Translations under genes and position numbers: made by a program | Part shown: piece after piece, positions 52,168 through 64,000 of the stretch | How positions within the stretch are numbered: the first letter of the stretch is position 1 | How the letters are laid out: each line of letters opens with the position of its first letter | The notes under the pieces: generated by a model | What the model was told of the DNA's origin: nothing | Seen by the model: only the letters and a program-made list of their open reading frames with translations | Database searches by the model: none | NCBI GenBank assembly: GCA_951406725.2 | Contig: OX597827.1 | Coordinates: forward strand, 64,976,001 to 65,040,000 | Source of the DNA: Octopus vulgaris | Lineage: Eukaryota | Direction: 5' to 3' | Length of the DNA stretch: 64,000 bases

Positions 52168-54132
52168 GAGATCATTAAATTTTTTCAATGTCTTTTTTAT
52201 AACTTGCTTGACTATTTGCATATATATCTCGTGAATCAGTTATCCTCTGTGTTTCACCGGATGATACGCGAATTACAACGAACACCTTAATCCGTTTCAA
52301 TCGACCTAGATTCATCAAGTCTCGGCCTGAGTTCAATCCGTATTCTTCTGACCTCATGGATCATTATTTTTCCACCAGAGCCATGTAAAATGTTTATTAG
52401 CAGCCACTATATTGTTTTTGATTGTTCTTATTCTTATTCTTATTATTTCGTATTCTTCTTTACTGGTTTTACGCAGGAAAGTCACTGGTACATTGTAATT
52501 TCTGTGAATGTTAGTATTATGCTTTATTTCATGTACTGTTTCAATCACCTATTCTGTAGCTGTGATTAAATTTATGTAGAAATATAATTATTTTCTTCTA
52601 ATACATTTCCAACCTTGTTTTCTCCAGTTTTTGTGTCGTATTACATAATAATTACATCGTATTCAGCATTCAGAATTATTCTCGTGATATAGCAAGTACT
52701 TATAATTACAGAAAATTAGCTGTTTATTTCCGCACTTAAACGTGTAGAGAGAAACCTAAGAGCTGCATCATGATTACTTACAGTAGGAGAGAAATTATTG
52801 TACTATATTTCAGGACCAAAGTTAGACTAACTTTCAGGAACAAAGGTAGACATAGTGAGGTTTATGGTGCTATACGTTTTGTAATCGCTACGATTTTACA
52901 AATTTAAAAGATATTAGGATAATAAAGAGGTTCCCATTAAATGTATGAGCCCCAATGAGTTTGAAGAGACGCCCAGAGCTTGAAACGGCCTCGGTAGATT
53001 TAGAAGGAATTTATTAAATTTCATGGCCTTTTAAATCTAAAACCACAGAGTAAGTAAAAAAGAGGACTTTAGAATTGTAAAAGAACTCTATTCGACCAAA
53101 GTGAAAAAATTAAAAAAATATTTGATTGCTGTAAATGTATGTTTTTAACTTTTAAGTATAAGCTTGAGGTTTTCCTGAGTTAAAGCGGCCTCCAATGCTT
53201 GATGCACCCCAAATGTTTTTGTACCTTGGCTATAACTTATGTTGTTCCATGCACAAATCCCATCCTGTGTATATGCCTCCAAGATACATCCACAGGAATA
53301 GGTAAAAAATTATTGGTGAAATACGTAGTGACAGGTAAAAAAATTACTGGTGAAATACATAGGAACAGGTAAAAAATTTGTGGTGAAATACTAAATGAAA
53401 TCGTATGTTCATATTGTAATTCAATTCTAAATCATGAACCAAGATATCATTCTCTTTATGGTATGAAATATTTTGACAAATTCTAATTAAACAGAACATA
53501 TCATTTAATGGAAATGATTTCTGAAGCAATAGAACTTATCGTAATACATACGCCAATGGATATCGTAACACAACTCTAAATTCAATTCAGTCAGAATAAT
53601 TGAATATGTTTTTTTAGAAAACACGTTGATAATGAAATTGTTTACTGGGATATGCGTATTACTACTAAATTTGATGTCAGTCTATTTATCCTGTTTGTTA
53701 AAATCATTTAAAGGATAAAATTATCAGGCTTTATGACAAGGAGGATTAACTATCAGTTGGAGACTGATGAATTGTCTTTTGCAGAAATAGTGAGTGATAG
53801 AAATTAGATTTTCCTTACAAGTAAGACTAAATACAATTACTAAGACGCAATATTGAAAACAGTTACTGAAGGAAATTAATAGACGAAACCTTACAACGAT
53901 GTAAGACGAATACAAAGCGATGAATGCATCGCACACAACAACAGTTAAAAGCAGACAGATTATACAAAACGATATATTATAATGACACATTATTAAATAT
54001 ATACCACATGCCTTATTCTTAGGGTATGATTCATATATATTTGTACATATTGTCTCAATTTCTTACGTCAAATAAGTGAATACTTATTCTTTCAGTTATA
54101 GGTGCGTAACCTAACCAACTGTATATATATAT

Positions 54133-54181
<49 letters not shown>

Positions 54182-54182
54182 T

Positions 54183-54384
54183 ACCTCGTATGTACCGTTG
54201 GCGATTTTATTTCCTCTGTCTTCCCGTCTCGGGATCTTTCCTTCTCCTATGTTTCCGAAAAAGAGCTCCGCTCGAAACGTTAAACCCTCCTTCTTCCCTT
54301 CTTTCCTGAGCGTCCAATAATACTATATTTGTTCCACGTCCTAGCGTTGTTGTGTTTTTTGGTGTTTTCTTGTTTGGATTAACT
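54183..54384 (+). mobile_element. Family H1 copy in the opposite orientation; core decayed to CCGAAAA
   Basis: gtttccgaaaaagagctccgctcgaaacgttaaac at 54251-54285. Confidence 0.85.
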
Positions 54385-54445
54385 TTATATATATATAACT
54401 AATATATATATAACTAATATAACTAATATAACTAATATATATATG

Positions 54446-54520
<75 letters not shown>

Positions 54521-54903
54521 TTATAGTTATTTCCAAAATTAAAACAATAAATTATTCTATATGAGACGAGACTTCGCTAATAGATATACAAATGTTGGGG
54601 GGGGGGACGGTGATTTTAACTCACAGCATTTAAATATTAAACATTCATAGTTAGAATGAAAAAATAAGTATTTACTGCCGAGCGACACATACATACATAC
54701 ATACATACATACATACATACATACATACATACATACAAATATACATGAGTAGACAAACGAAAAAAGGACACTCAACCCATTTATTAGAAGTTACATTTGT
54801 GGATCAAAGCAGTTTGATTCAAACTCCTTGATACTCTGAATTTCAAGCGTGGAGCTAATCTTCGCCCATAGGAATTTATACATATATATACATACACTCA
54901 CAC

Positions 54904-55001
<98 letters not shown>

Positions 55002-56699
55002 GGGATGAGCTGCCACGCATTTATCGCCTAGCCTACCAAATTTACTCAAGAGGTATTGGTCGACTCAAGACTATAGTAGAAAAACACTTGCACAATTGCA
55101 CTCGTAGTGGATTGAACCCTAAACACATCTTTCCATAGTGAGTTTCTTAGCCACACACACACCCACTCCATCATTTAATATTATCTTCATATATTACTGT
55201 TTGAGAAAGCCTGCCTGTAAAATCGAAATGATAATCTAAGAAAATGCATCCTTATTCTCCAGAGTGAAAATGCACTTTTACAAGAATGGGATTTGAGTGT
55301 TACGATATAATATTGTCATTAGAAGTAACCGACTTTCGAGTTCCACAATCTTTTTATTAATATTAATTTCTACAATTTAATTATAAAACTCATCACGATA
55401 TCACTCGTGCATTTAAACAAAATTAATATATTAATCATGTTAATGCTTTAACATGCGGAAACTAAGATCCTTTCCATGAAATATTTCATAATCAAATGTG
55501 AGGATCATTTCAAAACACTTGAAAGCATTACTTTCAGTAAACCACAAATATGATAGAAATATATTCTTGTAGCATATAATATGAGGGCAATTTCAGTTTT
55601 CGGCCAAGCAGAAAAGCCTTTTGCTCCTTTGTCTATTATTAAATCTCTTAAGTTTTCCTTCCAATATTTTAGTGTCTTTGTTGGGTTGTAATTAATGGTT
55701 TTGATTATCATAATACAAGGTAGCCACATTGTGAAAGTATTCCCAATGTAGCCGTTTCCTTGCATTAGTTGCTAAGGTAACTTCTGCCGTGGTATCATTA
55801 ATTTTGAGCAGTGGCTTTCATACTGACACCAGTTTTACATGCTCTCGTGAGCATCTCATGAAAATGGGACATCAAGTTTCAGTTGATGCAAGCGGTTGTA
55901 TGCATCCTGAATAATGATCAATAAATCATGTGTCGGAATTGACAAGCTCAACAAATGATTCTAATTGCTTCTTGTCCTTTGACACTTTTACATCCATTAT
56001 CCGCCCAACTAAACGACAATCTGAGGAATATTTCCTCTTTTGTAAGTCTATATTTCCTCCAAAAGATCATTCGTTAGTCTCTAACACAGATTTTATTCAA
56101 TTGTGTACTAAACCTGATAATTCAAATCTTCAACTGATTTTATGTTGCTGCACAAATAAATTTCCAACAAAATTAAGATCGAGATACGTATTATTTCGAT
56201 AAACAATATCATAATCGATGTCAGTTAAAAACAAGGATAAACGAAAAGAAATGTCCTATTACTCGCCTCAACAGGATGCCGATAATTTTAATTCCAAATT
56301 GGAAGATATCGCAGTCTTGAAATATCTATCGACACATTTATCATTATCGACTCTTTTGCTTTAAAATATATTATTGTCAAGTGATATTACCCCTTTAGCA
56401 GTTTACCTAAATAATTCATGCTACAAAAGGGATGTAGTATCGATTTAGCATTTTAAAACGGAATGCGAACATAATCTTTTATTCACACTTTATTGTTTAC
56501 TCAAAATTCAAGATCTCCACGTGTTTTTAGTACACAAATCTACTTGCCTTAACCCAAACCCTACCTGATCGGAAAATTCTTCTAAGAGACATAGATGGAT
56601 TAGACTTATTAATGGAGTTTCAGAGGGATAAGTTACTCTTAAAGGTTGATGTCCCATATTACTCCATATGATAGCACTTTGCTTTAATATTGGATAATA

Positions 56700-57115
56700 T
56701 TTCTTTTTTTATTGCCCATAAGGTGCTGAACATAGAAGGTCAAACAAGGACAAATAAGGGGTTTAAATCGCTTACATCGACCCCAGTGTGTAACTGGTAC
56801 TTCTTCAATCGACCTTAAAAGGATGAAAGGCAAAGTCGACCTTGGCGGAATTTGAACTCAGAACGTAACAGCAGACGAAATACCTATTTCTTTATTACCC
56901 TCAAGGGGCTAAACACAGATCGGACAAACAAGGACAGACATAGGTATTAAGTCGATTACATCGACCCCAGTGCGTAACTGGTACTTAATTTATCGACCTC
57001 GAAAGGATGAAAGGCAAAGTCGACCTCGGCGGAATTTGAACTCACAACGTAAAGCAGACGAAATACCACCAAGCATTTCACCTGGCATGCTAACGATTCT
57101 GCCAGCTCACCGCCC
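56700..57115 (-). mobile_element. Family T SINE dimer with 16-bp TSD
   Basis: ttaatattggataata at 56684-56699 and 57116-57131. Confidence 0.92.
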
Positions 57116-57653
57116 TTAATATTGGATAATAAGCATTAAAACATTAAGCATAATTTTACAAAGTAAGGCATGGATTTGTATTAATATTTTACCGTAATAA
57201 GTCACAACTTCTGCCCACCCGCTTCTCAGTTTCTTTCATTTCGTCAAATGCTTCAAATTTTGACCAGGTAACAGTCAAATTGATTTATATTGAGAGCAAA
57301 TTTGGTTCATTCATCCCCTTTCAGAAACTGTCACGAATTATATTTACTTGACTTGTGTTAGTTTGCATCTTATAAATAGTTAGGTTTATTGACTCTCTTA
57401 TTGATAATTGTAATATAGATGATAATAATAATTTGATAAATATTTATTGAAAACTCCTTCTGTTCGCCTTTCAATATTCTATATCTATTGCTTTAAGCGG
57501 ATTTTTTTCTACTGTAAATAGCTGCTGCTGCTGCTGGTGTACTTTTGTATCGATGAAAGTGGCATCTATAATCAAATTTATACTTGTCTGAATCAACATA
57601 TTACGCGGTGATATTATCAAGATCATCTGTACATTATAGTCTTCGCGTCTGTC

Positions 57654-57753
<100 letters not shown>

Positions 57754-58282
57754 TATATAGTATATGTATGTATAAGGGGGAAGCCACTAGTGGTTTTCCA
57801 TCACGCTAGAAATGGGAGCTAAAACCCAAACTACGAAAAAGAATAACATTTTTGTTGTTTGGGTTTTAACGAATTAGTGGCTTCCACTCAGTGTAATAAC
57901 TCTTATATGCACATAATATAATAATATTTGCAGGTCTATGGACATTTGTACTCACGTTGGCCACTGGTAAAAGAATAATGTTTAATGTTTACCCTATATT
58001 TAAAATTTATATGCATGTATATATATATATATATGTATGTATATATGTATATGATCGACCATAAGGAAGGAGGTATATTACCGACCACGAGGCAGAATCT
58101 GCCAGTAGGCTGCGATATGACGTAGTGGAGATTACTTTTTCAAACCGACGAGTGTTAACACTACTGAAAGTGATGGACAGACGAGACAAATCACGCCAAA
58201 TCCCACACACGAACCATGGACTTCAGTGTTTTACTTGTTTGTGGTTTATGAACATCACGTTCCCGAGCCGAATCGGAGGGGG

Positions 58283-58347
<65 letters not shown>

Positions 58348-58348
<1 letters not shown>

Positions 58349-58607
58349 TATATTAAATTAGAGATAAAACCACTATTAGGCAAATCAAACAATGAAAAAC
58401 TTAAGCCAATACATAAAATTAATTAATTTATATTATTTTAAATATATATCGAAAGTATTAAAAGTTTAATAAAAGATAATGAGTAAAACACTACGATCGT
58501 TTCATGGCTGTCCAATTCGTAATAATTCGAGTTACTTAATGCCGCGACACATTTTATAAAATTTTACGAAATATTTTCCATTTACATGTAATCCATTTCC
58601 TCAAGTT
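58348..58607 (-). mobile_element. (TA)n-abutting element end with a variant hammerhead-like motif
   Basis: AC-UUGAGGA-AAUGG[~85 nt]CCAU-GAAAC-GAUC-GUA-GU. The terminus is shared with 6661-6725. Confidence 0.6.
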
Positions 58608-59900
58608 CTCTCTTTTCACTCGTATTGAAGTATTTCTTTTAAATTTTGGTTTTCCTCTTTCATTCCACGTGTATCTTCTAGTTATTAGTTCATCCTGATA
58701 TATCTATTTCCCGCAGTAATTTCTTTATTGAAACTACACATTTATAATAGAAAAGGTCGTTAATAAATTATTATGTTTTTCTTTATACGCAGTGGGGAGC
58801 TTCTTTCTCGAACATTCCTTCTTTTGATTTGATGGATTACGTTTCTTGTCTCTTACAACACATTTTCATTACATACTTTCATAAATCTACCTTGCCGAAG
58901 GTCAGATACCTTACGCTAAGCAACTAACATACTTAAATGTCTTTAAGCTTTTCTTTCCCTCTCTCTTTCCTTTATTCTTTCCACTTTAGTCCTTTCTTTC
59001 TTTGACTGCCTTGATTTTAATGCATCTCATCACTATATTTTCACACCTTCATAAGGCTTCGTACTGTTTCCTCACCTTCATAACGCTTCGTACCATTTTC
59101 TCACCTTCATAACGCATCGTGCCATCTTCACTTCGCTTACTTCATCACCTACATTCTCATTTTCTCCCGTCTTCACTTTATATATTTATGCTTAACCAAT
59201 ACAATTACATCTGCCAGCTCTTTCCTCACTTTTCTCTATCTGCGACTTATATTTCCTAGAATGACCTCTCGTTTACTCATAATCTCACACTTTATCTAAT
59301 TTCTAGACACAAAAATTTATTATGAATATTATACCCATCCTTTCGCATTCGCTAATTTACCCTTCTGGAGAAAATATTTCGATGCTGCTCGCATAAACTT
59401 AATCATAAGTTGAAAAACTATTTGAATATATGATTTTCGGGATATTGCCTCATAATGTTCACCTCTTCCTTAGACTTGCAATTGTTTCGTGCAACATCTA
59501 TATTCCTTCCCATGCCTGTCATCACTTATGTGCCTGCCGTAAGGCTTCACTTCCACACATGCTAGCTTAATCTAATTCCTCCTTAGTCGAAAGACACCTA
59601 TTATTAATGTCCTGTTGTTTGCATTTGTAGTTGTGTACCATTTCTCCGTTTTTTTTTCTTCCTTGTTTTCGTATACCTTCGCTGCTTACTTCCAATGAAT
59701 CTAGAGGTTTTAGCCTAAATCTTCCTTGGGGCCAGCCAGATTGGAGCACTCTCGAGTTTAACAAGCCGAAACTACAAAGATAATCTGGAACTCGACTGAC
59801 GGAAGAAAAATCCGAATGACCCGTCCTGGCTTTTTTTTTGTCACTTTTTTGTATCGTCTAACTATCTGGATGTTTTCGTTCCTGTCCCACTTTCTGTAAT

Positions 59901-59976
<76 letters not shown>

Positions 59977-59982
59977 AGCATG

Positions 59983-60490
59983 CAGGGGTTGGAAAAATAA
60001 TGGGAACACTTTAAAATTTCAAACAAATGTATTTTAATATTGGATAGGAGAAATTTGGAAGTAATTACAGCTTGAATTCTACGAGGTATGGACTCGTACA
60101 AAGTTTGAATTGTTCCTAAAGGAATTTGTATCAATTCTTCAGCTAAAACAGTCTCCAGGTTTTGTAGTGATGATGGTGGAGGATATCGACTCCTTACTCG
60201 TTTTTCTAAAATACACCATAAATGTTCAATAATATCAAGATCTGTAGACTGTGGTGGCCAGATAAGATGTTCAACTTGACTAGAATGTTCCTCGTGCCAT
60301 TCAGTAACAACTTTAGCTGTGTGAATTGGTGCATTATCATCCTAAATGATTCCGTTTCTATATCAAGATCTGTGGACTGTGGTGGCCAGATAAGATGTTC
60401 AACTTGACTAGAATGTTCCTCGTGCCATTCAGTAACAACTTTAGCTGTGTGAATTGGTGCATTATCATCCTAAAAGATTGCGTTTCTATA
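59983..60490 (-). mobile_element. Tc1-like transposon 3' remnant with an internal 128-bp tandem duplication
   Basis: *DDNAPIHTAKVVTEWHEEHSSQVEHLIWPPQSTDLDIIEHLWCILEKRV...LYESIPRRIQAVI. TIR-like caggggttggaaaaataatgggaacac. Confidence 0.9.
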
Positions 60491-60576
60491 TGAAATATAA
60501 CGAAGATGTCAAACTCATGACATCTACCATGTTGAAGTCACCATAAATATCACCTCGTAATATATATATATATATC

Positions 60577-60910
60577 AATTAGAAAAATAACCACCTTTTA
60601 TCAATTCAACAATGAAAAAATTAAGTTATACCATATATAAGAAAAATTACCTCCTATAGGAAACAGATTAAATAGAAGATAAAAACATTTACCAATGATT
60701 AAGTAATGTAAAAAATAATAAATAAAACGTATATAATTGGTCATTTTACTAATTGTATACGTTATATTTATTATTTTGTACATTACCTAATCATTGGTAT
60801 ATGTTTTTATCGTATATTTAATTGTTTTTCTATAGGATGTAATTTTTCTTATATATAGTATAATTTAATTTTTTCATTGGTGAATTGATAACAGGTGTTT
60901 TTTTCTAATT
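60577..60910. repeat. ~334-bp near-perfect palindrome (fold-back)
   Basis: Arms of ~163 bp pair across an ~8-nt loop at 60741-60748. Confidence 0.92.
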
Positions 60911-60998
60911 TATATACATATATTATATTTTTTGAAATTTGATTTAGTATTTCTAAGTTGAATTTTTCCCTGTAGGTTTGGAATAATATTCCCTAATT

Positions 60999-61116
<118 letters not shown>

Positions 61117-61453
61117 GGATAAAATCCTTTATATATATTCCACGCTGGAGTATATATATATATATATATATATACCTAGATACAAATACAATGCCATGTT
61201 GAAAAAGATTGAAACTGTTACTAGAGATGAAAAAAAAAGGAAAATCGAAGGAATGCGCTACATAGAATCCGAACGTGACAGGAAGACCAAGAAATATGAA
61301 TGCATGTAAAATATGATTAAAAACCAAAAGCAACTGGAGAAGATATTAGTTATTTGAGTTACAGGAAATTTAACAAAACGCCCGGGGCAAAATTTCCCTT
61401 TCCATTCTTTCGAAGTATCTTGTTTAATAAACTTTTTCTCTACCGTTTATTCT

Positions 61454-62176
<723 letters not shown>

Positions 62177-62245
62177 ATAACTTGCAAGCTGTATCAACCA
62201 AATTACCTTAAAACTTCTACAATTTAAACACATATAGAAATATAT

Positions 62246-62574
62246 AAACATCTTCCTTCGGTCATGAATAACCATAGGATTGTAGCTACAAATTTCCCCT
62301 CTGAGCCACAAGCCCGGATAATGTTGTTTATGGAAGACTAGCAGTCTGCCATGCATTCCAGTCTCCTCTCTCCACGCCACCGATGATATCCAAAGGGAAA
62401 CGACGATACAGCTTGGCACCAGTGATGTCACATCACATTTCTGCAGTAGAGTGGACTGGAGCAACGTCAAAGAAGGTGTCTTGCCCAAAAACAGAACACA
62501 CAACCCGAGCTGGAAATCGAACTCACTACCTCAAATTTGTGAGCCCTACAGTCTAACTACTAAGCTATGCGCCT
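62246..62574 (-). mobile_element. Family D SINE, older copy
   Basis: Colinear with 46127-46460; B box GAGTTCGATTTC. Confidence 0.85.
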
Positions 62575-62594
62575 TCATTGTATATATATATAAT

Positions 62595-62728
62595 TCACAT
62601 TTATAGGAAAGTAAAAGTCAAAGACAGGTGTATGAACAACAAGCAGATGTCTTAGTCTGACGTTCGGGAGAATGATAAAGTCTTTTACATTTCGAGCCTA
62701 CGCTCTTCATAAAAGACTAAAGGAAAAT

Positions 62729-62730
<2 letters not shown>
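62595..62730 (-). mobile_element. Family H2 repeat with decayed hammerhead-like motif
   Basis: gtcttttATGAAGAGCgtagGCTCGAAATGTAaaagac. Confidence 0.7.
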
Positions 62731-62787
<57 letters not shown>

Positions 62788-63039
62788 ACGTACATATATA
62801 TAGTTGCACAAATACACACACACAGACACACAAATATACACATACACAGACACGCACAAATACACACGCATACACATACAAGCATACACATGTCATATGT
62901 AATAACTAATATCCTCATAATTTCATTTAATATACAGCATTTAACTTTCACTGAAGTTACTAAAAATGTGTAGGAACTTTGGCTCCCGAACGAATTTGCA
63001 ATCATAGGTGTGTATGCGATATATATGTATGTATATATA

Positions 63040-63073
<34 letters not shown>

Positions 63074-63537
63074 GGCACATATATATATATATATACACAC
63101 ATATATGTATGTATGCGTGTGTATGTATGTATGTGTGTATGTATCTATGAATATGAAAATGTTAATGTGCGATGCACGTTTATTCTTCTGTCGATATTCA
63201 AACAACGAGGCAATGACTTAAATTCTGAAGACTTCATGAGAGTCCAGATCTTCAATATCCTATAATCAATATATCGACAGGTATCTATATATTACCAGAA
63301 CATACACACGCGCGCGCGCAAGCACACACGAACTCATGCGCAGGTGTATGTAAATGCATTAATATTTATATATATGCTTACATACACATACAGAACAAGA
63401 GACACACACATGTATGTGTATATATACACACACACGTTTTATATATATGCACACCCACGTATATGTACCTACTTTCATACACACTTGTATGTGTAGATAT
63501 CTATATAAGTATGTGCATGCGTGGTGCATGTATGCGG

Positions 63538-63574
<37 letters not shown>

Positions 63575-64000
63575 TATGCATGTGAGAAACCAAATCTCAA
63601 CACACCTTTGTTAACGTCTCCATCAGAACAGTAGGAAACGGATTCATAAATGAGACCAATAGAAACATATTCTATATACCGTCTGATATATACTGAATAT
63701 ATGACACTATTGGGACAAGAGAACCTATGTCCATTTTATTGATATCCTTACAGCTCCCCTTTCTCTCATAGCTTTCTAAATATATTTCTTTTCGGTATGT
63801 ACTAATGATAATATATTTAATTCCAAACGAAAAACATGCTGCACACATCTCCCTTGCACCACAGTACAGACGATCTTATCCATGAGTCTGGGAACATGTC
63901 GTAGGCTTTCTTGTAATCTATTCCATTTTATTGCTATATTTTTCCTTCTCGCGTTTACTACATTTAGGACTGATTTGTTTATGAATCTTGACAGCCAGAA

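Noticed and set aside
53160-53292. Possible minus-strand exon GCILEAYTQDGICAWNNISYSQGTKTFGVHQALEAALTQENLK
   Set aside because: No AG acceptor after the pyrimidine tract and no recognisable homology.

Overview
AT-rich, microsatellite-saturated eukaryotic DNA in which I can support no host protein-coding exon. The repeat families resemble those of cephalopod (Octopus-like) genomes; this is an inference. Almost all listed ORFs are translations of simple repeats. The real content is mobile-element debris: at least four tRNA-derived SINE families (one forming tandem multimers), 3' ends of CR1, RTE and R4/Dong-like LINEs, decayed mariner, Tc1 and hAT-like transposons, and a Penelope-type GIY-YIG endonuclease remnant. 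The most notable signal is a set of short non-coding elements in (TA)n tracts, bounded by inverted and/or direct repeats, that carry type I minimal hammerhead ribozymes with palindromic stem III. Four have complete catalytic cores (12875-12960, 17454-17514, 31306-31381, 45313-45375, all minus strand) and about ten more are variant or decayed. Two units are 469- and 499-bp tandem repeats with retrozyme/pseudo-LTR architecture. All folds and alignments were done by eye.
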